Shown in pieces: positions 14,442 through 24,445 of a stretch of 48,357 nt of DNA. The notes below the pieces were generated by a model. That model worked only from the letters and a program-made list of their open reading frames with translations. It did no database searches and was not told where the DNA came from. This stretch comes from a virus (lineage: Duplodnaviria; Heunggongvirae; Uroviricota; Caudoviricetes). Position 1 is the stretch's first letter; every line of letters starts with the position of its first letter. Location of the stretch: the IMG/VR virus record IMGVR_UViG_2718217867_000003, positions 1 to 48,357 of that record; one strand, written 5' to 3'. The translations under genes were made by a program, and so were the position numbers.

Positions 14442-15404
14442 TCAACTAATCGCCTCAGCACTGGCTTTTGCGATCACGGCAGCCTGGGAATTTTTTTTTC
14501 TGGTTATCGTAGGTGCTTCATCTGCTGCGGTAATGCTCAATTGAACCTGGATAATGTCGCTATTACCCCCATCAGGCCATTCACCTGACACCTGAACCTT
14601 CGGGAAACTGAAAGTGTATGCCCCCTCTCCATTCGAAAGCGTGAAGCTGAACGGAACTGTTTCTCCAGTCAGTGTTTTACTCCAGATTTCCCACGCGGCT
14701 TTAGACCATGAAAGCGTCACCGTACCGGACGGTGTAAAAGTAGTCGGAATATTTGCTCCTGCATAAGGCGAGCCAGTCCCGATACAACGCTGTGTCTGGA
14801 GTTTGTTATCGAACTGAATATCAAAACTGTCGATACAAAAACCGTTACCTCCGGCAACACCATTCAGGCTTACTGCTGAAACCTCCTTAAACGAATAACG
14901 TAGCTTTCCTGCACTATCCACAGGTTCGCCTTTGATAAAATTCGTATCATCGGCCTTTGATTCCCAGTCCAGTCCGGCAAAGGTTACGGTCGCTGTAATA
15001 TCGCCGTCGTTAGGGATCTGCATTTTCCATGAGCCAACCTGCGCTCCTCTGACGACAGAGGCAATTCCGACATCGGACGCATAGGTCGCCAGAGAAAATG
15101 TTATTCGCTCATTCCCCATTGTCAGAGAATCGCCTGACCATTCCGCGCCGAAACAGGATGCAAGAAAATCATCATGTTGACCCCAGCGAAATTTGGTACC
15201 AACATCACCGCCGACATCCACAGTGCCAGGCGTCGCCCCCTGAGCCATCCGGGAGCCACCAATCTCATTATTTTCGCCTTTATTCTGGGTGGGTTTTACT
15301 CCCCAGCTTGTGCGTTTTAATAAACTCCAGTCACCACTTGCTGGCGTAGTGCCTGCAACCGTCTCCCGGATAAATGCCGAGATAACCTTTGCACCTGAAC
15401 TCAC
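14442..15404 (-). CDS. major tail (tube) protein, V-position, non-lambda type
   Basis: 320-aa ORF in V position; GTG start preceded by AGGAGG; sequence differs from lambda V. Confidence 0.65.
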   Translation of the reverse strand: MSSGAKVISAFIRETVAGTTPASGDWSLLKRTSWGVKPTQNKGENNEIGGSRMAQGATPGTVDVGGDVGTKFRWGQHDDFLASCFGAEWSGDSLTMGNERITFSLATYASDVGIASVVRGAQVGSWKMQIPNDGDITATVTFAGLDWESKADDTNFIKGEPVDSAGKLRYSFKEVSAVSLNGVAGGNGFCIDSFDIQFDNKLQTQRCIGTGSPYAGANIPTTFTPSGTVTLSWSKAAWEIWSKTLTGETVPFSFTLSNGEGAYTFSFPKVQVSGEWPDGGNSDIIQVQLSITAADEAPTITRKKNSQAAVIAKASAEAIS

Positions 15405-15430
15405 AGGAGCCTCCTATGTCATTAATTGCG

Positions 15431-15823
15431 CTAGAGCGCGCGATATGGAATTTGAAGATTAAGCTGGAACCAGCCATTCTTTTCGCCAACGGCTATTGAG
15501 GAAACAGCCTGGTAACTGAGACGATCGTCATCCTGAAACTCAAACAGTTCCCGCAATTTATCGGCTGTCTCAGTAATGAGTTTTGAACCAGAACCTGCGG
15601 GGACAAATAACTGAATAATGATTATCCCCGTGCGATAAACAACCGGCCCCGCGCCAATTTCATTAACTCCAGCCTGCCCGGGAATATTACTTAACCGCGC
15701 CCAGATTAACTTACCGGAAGGATCGAACGTTGGCCCGTTCGGATACAATACGTCTTTTCCATCAATAATCGTCTGTGCCGTCATTCTGGAAATAACCGTA
15801 TTTCTGATTTCAGTAAACTTCAT
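15431..15823 (-). CDS. tail terminator protein (U-like)
   Basis: 130-aa ORF in U position; weak resemblance to lambda U (MK.TE..R.. N-terminus, LFVPAG motif). Confidence 0.5.
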   Translation of the reverse strand: MKFTEIRNTVISRMTAQTIIDGKDVLYPNGPTFDPSGKLIWARLSNIPGQAGVNEIGAGPVVYRTGIIIIQLFVPAGSGSKLITETADKLRELFEFQDDDRLSYQAVSSIAVGEKNGWFQLNLQIPYRAL

Positions 15824-16200
15824 TTGTAAGCCTGTAAAACACCATGAAAAGCGTTGGCATACACGCCAGTTGGCGCTTGTTGTGAATGACCGTTTTCAAG
15901 AGCCTCTGCATAAGGAAGGTTATTCTGGATATAAATAACCCCGTAATTTGCAGCTTTCGAAATAACCCCGATCCCACGCTGAACAGCAATCGTACCGTTC
16001 GGATCCACGTTATCAGATATACCAAAATCGGGATGCTGTAACGACACCAGGTTGTTATTTCTGAAACGTCCGGTATCAACCGGAGCAGCAATATCAATAG
16101 CAGTAAGAATCTGCATAGCGATGTAGCGAATCTTCAGCCCTACATTTTCCTCAATCATCCCGGCAAATATTGACGGTTCTATATCCCATGCCTTTGCCAT
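15820..16200 (-). CDS. tail completion/head-tail joining protein (Z-like, HK97 gp10-like)
   Basis: 126-aa ORF, gene order. Confidence 0.45.
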   Translation of the reverse strand: MAKAWDIEPSIFAGMIEENVGLKIRYIAMQILTAIDIAAPVDTGRFRNNNLVSLQHPDFGISDNVDPNGTIAVQRGIGVISKAANYGVIYIQNNLPYAEALENGHSQQAPTGVYANAFHGVLQAYK

Positions 16201-16584
16201 TTACGCTCTCCTTAACTGGATAGAGTAAACTGATGCGGAAGGATCTACACTTGCTGTAATTACCTCGTATCGTTGTAACTGCCTTGATACAGGATCATAA
16301 ATCTCAATAATATGGTCGACAGCTGGTTTATCCGTAACCTCGCATACCAGAGCGGTTAATTTAAGGTCACCATGCAAAATATTAATCCCATCAATTCTGC
16401 CCAGCTTATAACGTGTCAACACGCCTCGCCCGGTATAGATTGCGGTGGATTCGCCGCCAGTTTCCGTCACAGGATCCCAGTGCCGGTGCGTAACGTAAGA
16501 ACCAGAAAAATCACTCACGGCGTCCGCTAAATCCTCATCAAAAGCAGCGGCAACCTCTGACTGAATCTCTTCACGAAGCCCCAT
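16201..16584 (-). CDS. head-tail adaptor/head closure protein
   Basis: 127-aa ORF, gene order between connector and tail completion genes. Confidence 0.45.
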   Translation of the reverse strand: MGLREEIQSEVAAAFDEDLADAVSDFSGSYVTHRHWDPVTETGGESTAIYTGRGVLTRYKLGRIDGINILHGDLKLTALVCEVTDKPAVDHIIEIYDPVSRQLQRYEVITASVDPSASVYSIQLRRA

Positions 16585-16979
16585 TATCCCCCCCTCACAA
16601 CCCTGACTTGTGAGCGACTAAGTCCGTACGGTTTCAGCAGTGCTATCGCAAGCTGTAAATCGGGTTCAAGCAATGCAGTGCTGTTTGCTGGCAACTCAGA
16701 AAATGATTTCGATACACTGACCCCGTCAGCCGACACGGCTTTACTGATAACAACGCCAGAATCATTTTTCTGCTGAAACAACTTACCGAATGAGGCAATT
16801 CTGGCTGCATATGCTCCCGCAAGTTTTACCTCTTCCGGAATACGGGATGGGTTAATTTTCAGGTTGAAGCCATTAAGCCAGGCATTAGCCATTAAAACAG
16901 CTTTATTTTTAGCGTTCTCACTCGTCCAGGCGTTCCCAAACGCATTATCAACGTCATCACAGGTCACGTAAGTGATCAT
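16584..16979 (-). CDS. head-tail connector protein (gp6-like)
   Basis: 131-aa ORF immediately after capsid region; gene order. Confidence 0.45.
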   Translation of the reverse strand: MITYVTCDDVDNAFGNAWTSENAKNKAVLMANAWLNGFNLKINPSRIPEEVKLAGAYAARIASFGKLFQQKNDSGVVISKAVSADGVSVSKSFSELPANSTALLEPDLQLAIALLKPYGLSRSQVRVVRGG

Positions 16980-16982
16980 GTG

Positions 16983-17159
16983 TTACTCCTGAGTTTTCCA
17001 GCCCATAGCCTTCCAGTTGTCAACTTCATCAGGATGAACATTAGCGATAGTTGGTGCGCCGGGAAACATCTGATAATCGGTCACCATAACCACTAACTCA
17101 ATTTGCGTTTTTTGTGCGGCTTCACGCTGTGCTCTTTGCTCTTTAGTTAATCCGGCCAT
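16983..17159 (-). CDS. small hypothetical protein (58 aa) between major capsid and connector genes
   Basis: hand-translated ATG..TAA ORF MAGLTKEQRAQREAAQKTQIELVVMVTDYQMFPGAPTIANVHPDEVDNWKAMGWKTQE, G-rich SD upstream; below the ORF track size cut-off. Confidence 0.35.
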   Translation of the reverse strand: MAGLTKEQRAQREAAQKTQIELVVMVTDYQMFPGAPTIANVHPDEVDNWKAMGWKTQE

Positions 17160-17201
17160 ATGCCCCCCATTAAAAATGGGGCCGAAGCCCCGTTTGAATG
17201 T

Positions 17202-18341
17202 TTAACCAAGAATCAGACAACCATGTGCCGGCTTCACTGATGAAACACCCCATGCCAGTCCAACTTCATAGCGCACCTGGCGATACTGACGATACAGTGC
17301 AATCTGGAACGTAATCCCTGAAATCGGGTCCGTAACATTCATTACATCATCAGCATTATCGCCACCTTCCGGCATTGCCGGAGTACGGGATGCCAGCAGA
17401 AACGCGTTGCGATCAAACGCCATATTTGCAGTAAAGGCCCCAACAACTGTGATGGCAGTATCATCGGCCAGATCCTGACGCAGTCCGGGCGCTGCAAGAG
17501 TAATCAGATTGCTGGTCGCTGCTGCCACAACATACTGATTCGGATCACCAGCGAACGTAACAATCTGACCTGCAGAAATACTCCCCGAACCAGTATCAAT
17601 GGAAATAAGAACATCGCCTTCTTTTTTCTCTCCATTCACGAGATAACCAGTTGCAGCAACCTTTGGCGCTCGTTTCACACCTGCCGAACTGTGAATATTG
17701 AATCCCTCCAGACGCCCCAACACGCCCTCACGCAGTAGCTGTTCAGTGCCGGATTCATTCACCTTAAACAATACAGACTGTTTTCCGCGCAAATTAGCAA
17801 TGGCAGTGGAGCCAAGCACCATCTGCAGATCGGTTGTCGGTGCGCCGTTATCCTCCAGAACCTGACGAGCCAGAGCAGCATCAGAAAGATCATCTTTAAC
17901 ACCAAACGGCGTTGTCCCTGCGGTTCCCACGGCGCGGGAAGCACCGAAATACAACGCACCAAGATCAGCCTCAACCTCGTTTGCAAGGGCGCGAAAAGCC
18001 TGCTTGAACTGATCAGCCAGAATGGTGTTGTAAGTCCCTGAAGGGCCAAGAGCCAGTTGTTCTTCACCATTCCATTTAACCGGTGCCATTTTGGATTTAG
18101 TAATTTTTACATCAACAGTGCCAATATTTTGATCACCTGTATTCGGAGCTGACGGCCCCGGTACGATATCTTCGGTTTTCGCCTCAGGCGCAACTGGCGC
18201 GGTTACCGTCTGATCTTTTGCTGCGGCGTCAGCTTTTGCGTTTTTTGCTACCGCAGGGATAAAACCTACCTGCTCACGGGATACAACATCCAGGGCGGTA
18301 TAAATAGTCGGGATCAACCCGGTCAGGGTATTTCCAGCCAT
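17202..18341 (-). CDS. major capsid protein
   Basis: about 380 aa from internal ATG (MAGNTLTG...) preceded by AAGGA; follows scaffold gene. Confidence 0.75.
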   Translation of the reverse strand: MAGNTLTGLIPTIYTALDVVSREQVGFIPAVAKNAKADAAAKDQTVTAPVAPEAKTEDIVPGPSAPNTGDQNIGTVDVKITKSKMAPVKWNGEEQLALGPSGTYNTILADQFKQAFRALANEVEADLGALYFGASRAVGTAGTTPFGVKDDLSDAALARQVLEDNGAPTTDLQMVLGSTAIANLRGKQSVLFKVNESGTEQLLREGVLGRLEGFNIHSSAGVKRAPKVAATGYLVNGEKKEGDVLISIDTGSGSISAGQIVTFAGDPNQYVVAAATSNLITLAAPGLRQDLADDTAITVVGAFTANMAFDRNAFLLASRTPAMPEGGDNADDVMNVTDPISGITFQIALYRQYRQVRYEVGLAWGVSSVKPAHGCLILG

Positions 18342-18439
18342 AATTAAATATTCCTTAAAAATTTGCGTAATTGTGAATAGATGGAGTAATGAGCTATCCA
18401 GCCCTGACACCAGCTCCCATCCGGAAGCTGACAAATGTG

Positions 18440-19204
18440 TTAATCAACGATTGTGATACCGTCTTTCAATGCGTTTTGCTTACCTGCAACATCCAGTGCA
18501 TCAAAAGCAGAGCGTTTCATCGTTTTCTGACCAATATCATGCTGTGTCGGACGGGAGCCGCCGCCATTGTTGCCACTGGCTTTCAGGATGTAGTCTTTCT
18601 GAGGGTAATTTTCGACGAGGAACTCCAGCGCCTCATCAAACTGCGCCAGTTCGCCAGGCTTCGCGCGGGAATAAATTTTGTTGCCGGAAGCGTCATAAGC
18701 AACGATCTTCCCTTCTTCCACTTTGAATGCCTGCCCGAAGCGGGCTTGTAATAAATCTGCCGGGATCGCAATTTTATCGGCAATATATTTTGAACCCGCA
18801 AAACTACCACCAATCATAGAATCGTAAAGCTGCGTCTCCAGCATCTGAGAGCGTTGCTTTTCTTCATCTAATTGCTGCTGAAAATTTTTCGTAATTTCTG
18901 CCTTAACCTGGTCAACCTGTCCCGCATCGATCAGCTTTTTCTGGTCGATTTTTGACAGCATTTCCAGTGCCTCGATCGCCTTCTTCGGGTCTTCGATAGC
19001 GGCAAACTTAGCCAGTTTTTCCTCTGCAGCTTCTTTAGCCAGGCGATGATTTTTTGCCTCGCCATTAAGCTCTGTAATTTTTTTTATCGCCAGCGGTGCA
19101 TCGAAGCCGATTTCTTTACCATCGTCGTGCACATAAACTGGCAGGCCAGCAGTATCAATTTCTGCGTATTGTTTTCCGTTAATCTCGACCGTTTTCAGTT
19201 TCAT
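18440..19204 (-). CDS. head scaffolding protein
   Basis: helical, charged ~254-aa protein between head morphogenesis gene and major capsid gene; start at internal ATG (MKLKTVEINGKQ); coordinate by track arithmetic, possibly off by 1. Confidence 0.55.
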   Translation of the reverse strand: MKLKTVEINGKQYAEIDTAGLPVYVHDDGKEIGFDAPLAIKKITELNGEAKNHRLAKEAAEEKLAKFAAIEDPKKAIEALEMLSKIDQKKLIDAGQVDQVKAEITKNFQQQLDEEKQRSQMLETQLYDSMIGGSFAGSKYIADKIAIPADLLQARFGQAFKVEEGKIVAYDASGNKIYSRAKPGELAQFDEALEFLVENYPQKDYILKASGNNGGGSRPTQHDIGQKTMKRSAFDALDVAGKQNALKDGITIVD

Positions 19205-19308
19205 ATTAGTACCTGGTTTAAGTCTTCCGACAGTTACGCTGCTCACCATCCGGATCGCAGCAATAAAAAAGGCCACCCGAAGGTAGCCTGTTGTAATAAA
19301 TGATTTAT

Positions 19309-20424
19309 TTAAATCCCTGCTTTTCTGAATACCTGTGCATCACGCTCACGGAGTTGCTTCAGCGTCAGCCATTCGCCTTTATCGGTGTAAAATTCATCTG
19401 GCGACATACCGCCATCCCGAATCAGCTTTGCCCGGGTTTCCCCCACAATCTGTTTTTGTCTGGTGTAAGGCTGACGCAAAAACCATTCCCTGTAGGTTGT
19501 ATCTCCGGCCACCACGCCATCCATGCTGGCCCGCTCAGCCGGGGAAATATCACGAACATCAATACCCAGTTCCTTCGCTGATTTCAGAATGAACGTTTCC
19601 GTTGAGCGGCAGCAGAAATGAATTTTTCCCGGCCCATGCAAATAAGGCACACTGTGACCTACAGGTTTATTATCCAGCGTATATTTGAGGCGATCCCTGA
19701 TTCGACATTGTGGCGTAGTACGATTATCAAGCGTTGATAACCATTGCTTACCCTTAATCAAATCATTATTCGCGCTGGCAAAACTCTCACGGGCAGTAGC
19801 AGCAAGATGTCCAACCGCTGTTTTTGCAATGCTGGCCGCATTAGCCCGGCTCATCTGCAATGCACCATCCTGAAATCCCTTGCTGACATGTCCCCGAATT
19901 TTTCTTGCGATCTGCTCATTGGTATCCCCCAGCAAAAAACCCTGACGCACCGTATTTGTTATGCGTCTGAGCCGATCCGCCTCAAGATCCAAGGCCCACT
20001 CACTGAGCAGTCGTCCCTGGAATGGTCGCGCCATTGCAGCGGCGTAAAGTGCATCAGAAGATATACCAACCAGAGGGTGAACATCAGCAACAAAATCAGG
20101 TAGCAGAGAATCAAACAGACTTAACTGATAACCAGCCTCATAGATTGCTAGCTCGTTCAGCTCTCCGGAGAGACTGGTAAACATGCTGTTAATAGCAGCG
20201 CGGTTAACCTCTCTGACACTCGCCAGAAGTGACTCCAGGCGCGTAACGGTAAAACTACCAGGATCGAGGCTGTCCAGTGCTACCAGCAGGCGAGCTGTAA
20301 GCTCCGCATCGCTGTCATTCAGTATTTTCACCATTCTGGCAGCCACACCATTGCTATAGCGGGATATCCAGACTGCATGAGCAATTGATTCATCACGCAG
20401 CCGTTCATTCACGGTTTGCATCAT
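19309..20424 (-). CDS. head morphogenesis protein (Mu F-like/minor capsid)
   Basis: 371-aa ORF directly downstream of portal gene; typical position and size. Confidence 0.65.
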   Translation of the reverse strand: MMQTVNERLRDESIAHAVWISRYSNGVAARMVKILNDSDAELTARLLVALDSLDPGSFTVTRLESLLASVREVNRAAINSMFTSLSGELNELAIYEAGYQLSLFDSLLPDFVADVHPLVGISSDALYAAAMARPFQGRLLSEWALDLEADRLRRITNTVRQGFLLGDTNEQIARKIRGHVSKGFQDGALQMSRANAASIAKTAVGHLAATARESFASANNDLIKGKQWLSTLDNRTTPQCRIRDRLKYTLDNKPVGHSVPYLHGPGKIHFCCRSTETFILKSAKELGIDVRDISPAERASMDGVVAGDTTYREWFLRQPYTRQKQIVGETRAKLIRDGGMSPDEFYTDKGEWLTLKQLRERDAQVFRKAGI

Positions 20425-21811
20425 TGATTTCCATCAGCATTACACTCTGATTTTTTAATTCATCGATCACTTCCTCTGGACGGGAATCCTGATCGATAAA
20501 TTTCAACGCCTGCAACACCCGAACCGCATCAATCTGACGTATATCACCGCCCTGACGCAATGACTGAACAGCCAGCGCGGAGGATGAGTCAAACACCTGG
20601 GCAGATACATCCAGTTCAGTGCGCACATCCACATTGCCACCGCAACTCTCTCCGCTCCATTCCGCCATTATCTGGAGAATATTATCGAGGGCATCTTCGA
20701 GGGAGTTCGCCATTGTATAAAGCGGCGAGTGTTCCTGCATCCGCTCTTCATTAGTCTGATCAACAGATTTGGTGGATGTATTTTCAGCCCGCAGAAGTTT
20801 AGCGCCGGCATGACGCATCTGATTTTCCAGCTTCTCAAGTGATGTTTCGCCAGATTCTATCGCTGCGCCACTATGTTCAACATATTCGAGGCCATTTTTT
20901 GTTCTGTCCTCAAAAATCGTAGCGGTGGATGCACCAACCGTCAGTTCTTCATTCCTGTCCAGTCCGTAGGCCACCAGCAATGGAACGCGGGCAACATGAA
21001 GAATATTGTCCTGCTCGCTCTGGCTTTGCCAGTGCTTGATATTCAGCAAGCCAAGATTAAGCAATGGCGGTGTACCACGCATAAACCCTGTTTTCTTCGT
21101 ATACAGTGTTACCAGAGGAATATCATCACGGCTGGTATTCCATGACTCATGAAGCATCCAGACAGATTCGCCATTAGTACCTTCGCTGCGTCGATAAATT
21201 TCTACTCGACGGGGCATAATATGGCGGATCTGCTCCACCTTCTTCTGCCCGAAATCATCACCATCAATAATGATGACCTCTTTTATACGCAAATCAGTGA
21301 GAACAACTTTCCCTTTTTCAACTTTCGATTTCCATCCAATAACCTGGCGTGGATTCAGCATCGTAACGTACGGGCGACCACCGGCCGCGTTTTCATCGGC
21401 TTTTGTCCGAATCTCGTTCATATCCGTTCGTGGATAGTCCACCAGCGCATGTGCCACACCATACTGAAATGCGAGACTGAAAAATTGCTGCGCCCACACA
21501 TCCAGTCGGCTCCCCTCCATGTCGATATTTTCTGCATATTCCCTGATTTTTTCCGGCGTTTCCTCACTCAATACTGTCGGCTCTGCAAATATGCGCCCAA
21601 TATTTTGTTTGATGCTTTCTTCATACACAGGAAGTAGCGTAGCCACAGACAGGCGTTTTTTATAAGCGTCTTCATCTTCATTAGGCCATTTGGGGAGATA
21701 ATTTTCCCCCTGCCTGCGCATTTCAAGCGTACCGCCCATCAATGCGTCGTTAATATCCCACGCCTCCAGCATATCGTTATAGTCGAGGTTGGGTGTTGAT
21801 ATATCAGCCAT
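20405..21811 (-). CDS. portal protein
   Basis: 468-aa ORF immediately downstream of terminase large subunit. Confidence 0.8.
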   Translation of the reverse strand: MADISTPNLDYNDMLEAWDINDALMGGTLEMRRQGENYLPKWPNEDEDAYKKRLSVATLLPVYEESIKQNIGRIFAEPTVLSEETPEKIREYAENIDMEGSRLDVWAQQFFSLAFQYGVAHALVDYPRTDMNEIRTKADENAAGGRPYVTMLNPRQVIGWKSKVEKGKVVLTDLRIKEVIIIDGDDFGQKKVEQIRHIMPRRVEIYRRSEGTNGESVWMLHESWNTSRDDIPLVTLYTKKTGFMRGTPPLLNLGLLNIKHWQSQSEQDNILHVARVPLLVAYGLDRNEELTVGASTATIFEDRTKNGLEYVEHSGAAIESGETSLEKLENQMRHAGAKLLRAENTSTKSVDQTNEERMQEHSPLYTMANSLEDALDNILQIMAEWSGESCGGNVDVRTELDVSAQVFDSSSALAVQSLRQGGDIRQIDAVRVLQALKFIDQDSRPEEVIDELKNQSVMLMEINDANRE

Positions 21812-21813
21812 AA

Positions 21814-23124
21814 TTAAATCCGAAGTGATGTGACTCTTCCGGTCGGTTTGACAATAGGGAATTGCTTAACGATGAAATAACCTCCGGCATCATTCGGGTG
21901 ATCATTGCCAGATTTTTTATCAGGCTCCCCCTTATCATCCCAGACCTGTTGCTCCAGAGATTCGGCATATACCGGACAACGCTTCACATTAACTTTATAG
22001 CGACGCTCACCATTGGCATTGCAGAACATTGCATTCATTGAGTTAACGCGATCTTTTACTGGCGGGTTCGAGCTGTTCACCACAACGTTAAAACCTGCCT
22101 GCTTAAGCTGGGCTATATCCGTCGTACTTGCGTTACTTGATTTTCTGGAATCTCCGGAAGCATCTGGATAAATATAAATCTCCCTCACTTTCCGGTAATC
22201 ATGCCCGTCATACAGCCAGAAGCGTTCTTTAATGAGGCGGATCATATCCGGCGTATCGTAGGCATTGATGATTTCAGTTACCGCACATGGAAGCCCCAAA
22301 CGCAGCACATGGACGATTCCCGCCATCTTTCCAACGTTAAAATCCATCCCAATATAAATCGGCTCCCCTGGCTGCTCCACTTCTTCGCAATTATTCAGTT
22401 TCCGGTCAAACTGATGGTAAACAGTACCACTTGTCAGGTTAGTAAACCGTCCTAGAAGATAGGCTTTAATCAGCTCTGGAGGGTATGATTCAAGAAGTGA
22501 AGGAATGTAATCTGCTGGCAGGTTCTTTTCATTATCGAAAGTAGATGCCTGCACCAGACCATACAGTGAGGCCAGCTCTGTTTTTTCACGCACGGCTTTA
22601 ACAAACTGCTCGTAGACAAATTTGAATCCTTCCGGCGTGGTTGTAACGTCAATACCGTTGCGAAGTCCATCAATCTTATAACGCATACGCGCAATTATCT
22701 TGCGCCACGCCGTTCTGGCTTTTTCCTTCGGCAAAATGTCCAGTTCATCCACCAGCGCATTACCAATTTTGAAACCGACGATCGTTTGTGGCTTCTCCAT
22801 CGATCTGCAGATAGTGGTTCCCCGATACTGGCGTCCGTAATAAAAGTGAACCTCTTTATTTCCCTCATTAATTTTTACGTTCAATCCCCAGTCAGCAGCA
22901 ACTTCTTCCACTGTAGGGTAAAAAATATCGCGAATTTGGGGATACGTTGGCGCAAAATATCCCTGATTTATACCTGGATGCTCCCAAATCCCCTTGCATA
23001 TGCCGCCACACCCAACCCATGTTTTGCCCGAGCCAAAACCAGCAATATAGGCTTTAAATTTATGGGGCATTGAAAGAAATCGCGCCTGAGGCACATTAAG
23101 CGTCGGAGAGATCATCTTCATCAC
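21814..23124 (-). CDS. terminase large subunit
   Basis: Walker A GFGSGKT near N-terminus, acidic nuclease-like C-terminal motifs; overlaps terS end. Confidence 0.9.
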   Translation of the reverse strand: MMKMISPTLNVPQARFLSMPHKFKAYIAGFGSGKTWVGCGGICKGIWEHPGINQGYFAPTYPQIRDIFYPTVEEVAADWGLNVKINEGNKEVHFYYGRQYRGTTICRSMEKPQTIVGFKIGNALVDELDILPKEKARTAWRKIIARMRYKIDGLRNGIDVTTTPEGFKFVYEQFVKAVREKTELASLYGLVQASTFDNEKNLPADYIPSLLESYPPELIKAYLLGRFTNLTSGTVYHQFDRKLNNCEEVEQPGEPIYIGMDFNVGKMAGIVHVLRLGLPCAVTEIINAYDTPDMIRLIKERFWLYDGHDYRKVREIYIYPDASGDSRKSSNASTTDIAQLKQAGFNVVVNSSNPPVKDRVNSMNAMFCNANGERRYKVNVKRCPVYAESLEQQVWDDKGEPDKKSGNDHPNDAGGYFIVKQFPIVKPTGRVTSLRI

Positions 23125-24190
23125 TCCTTAATCTGGCATCAACCACATTAATATTGATCGCCACAGGCTGGGGATGTTCATTATCCTCCACCGTTTCGAT
23201 CTCTTTGCGCAGCTTCTGGTTTTCCATTCTGCGCCGTTCAATTTCCAGTTCCTGTAGCCGCTTATCTGCACATAATGCCCCGCCAGCAGAAAGCAAACGC
23301 AACAATTCACGCCGGGCGGCAGCCTTATCCTCCAGCAGGATCTCAACACCGTATTTTCCGAGCTTTGACCCTGCATATAATTGCCGCGCATCCCCATCAA
23401 GCAGTGTGGTATCAGCCATATAAAGCTGTCCCGTTCCCTCACCGCAGCACTTCGGGCAATCCGGATTGGGTATGGCGTTATCAACAAAGCCGAGGCCTCC
23501 ATATTCCGGCTCGGGTTTACCATCTCTGGAGGCCTTTGCCGCAGCCTTATCGAATTCTGCAATATCACGCCACTGGTAGAGATGATTCTCGCCCCAGCAA
23601 TAACGGCAGTTAACACGGCGAAATTGTGCCAACTGATTGGGGTCGGCCTGGACAATGGCCATCAACTGGCTCACCAGTAAATCCAGGTCTGCGGTATAGC
23701 GTTTCTGGTACTGATTGCGGAAGTAGCTGATAGCACGATAAACCCTGGCATTTCTAAGCATACGGCTGGCGTTGCTGTTAGCTGTCGCACCTTGCCCCTC
23801 ATAACCAGCCAGTCGGTATGCCTCTGTCGGCTTTTTCCCCTGAGCAACCAACATGGCGAATTTTGCCTGCTGGTCAGAAATACCGAATTCATCGGGGCAG
23901 AACGAAATTTCTTCCGTGTCCCCCTCAATCAGGAGTGCATCGGATACAGCCTTTTTTTTCTGAGATTTTCCGTTCTGCCTTTGCGCAGTCTGCGCAGTTT
24001 TTTTTCGCGCACTTTTTTGCGCAGTTTTGCGCATTTCTTTCTGCGCATTTTTCGGAGTTTTTTTGATGTAACGACGGGCTGTTGCGTAGTTCAGTCCCCT
24101 TGCTTCACACCATGCCACCGGAGATATACCGGAGCGGGTGTATTCAGCAATATACTCCTGCTGCAACGCCCCCCAGTCCGGTCTGCTCAT
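23096..24190 (-). CDS. terminase small subunit (with N-terminal HTH and basic low-complexity linker)
   Basis: 364-aa ORF upstream of and overlapping terL; HTH-like N-terminus; K/Q/A-rich basic segment. Confidence 0.65.
   Translation of the reverse strand: MSRPDWGALQQEYIAEYTRSGISPVAWCEARGLNYATARRYIKKTPKNAQKEMRKTAQKSARKKTAQTAQRQNGKSQKKKAVSDALLIEGDTEEISFCPDEFGISDQQAKFAMLVAQGKKPTEAYRLAGYEGQGATANSNASRMLRNARVYRAISYFRNQYQKRYTADLDLLVSQLMAIVQADPNQLAQFRRVNCRYCWGENHLYQWRDIAEFDKAAAKASRDGKPEPEYGGLGFVDNAIPNPDCPKCCGEGTGQLYMADTTLLDGDARQLYAGSKLGKYGVEILLEDKAAARRELLRLLSAGGALCADKRLQELEIERRRMENQKLRKEIETVEDNEHPQPVAININVVDARLRSDEDDLSDA
23982..24048. repeat. array of six (T/C)GCGCA(G/T/C) motifs separated by T-runs inside terS
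   Basis: motif copies at about 23982, 23991, 24006, 24018, 24028 and 24042. Confidence 0.6.
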
Positions 24191-24193
24191 CAG

Positions 24194-24445
24194 TTAGTCC
24201 TGATTTTTATCCACCCTGAGTAGTTCGCGCAGAGCAAAGGCATCCCCTTTTCTGGCAAGCTTAAACAATGCCGCTCGTAACTCGGCTTCACCTTTCGCTC
24301 TGCCCTTACGGATGGCCGCATAAAAATCTGTCATTGCTTCCCGATTTTCTTTCAGTCGGTTCAGATCAACATCCAGAACGTCAGCGATTTGTTGTGCAGT
24401 CATCCGGCACGCTGCCAGAGACTCGACTTTCGAATACGGAATCAT
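24194..24445 (-). CDS. small hypothetical protein (83 aa), possible HTH
   Basis: ATG preceded by GGGGGTGA SD; overlaps 3' end of upstream gene by 65 nt in another frame. Confidence 0.4.
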   Translation of the reverse strand: MIPYSKVESLAACRMTAQQIADVLDVDLNRLKENREAMTDFYAAIRKGRAKGEAELRAALFKLARKGDAFALRELLRVDKNQD

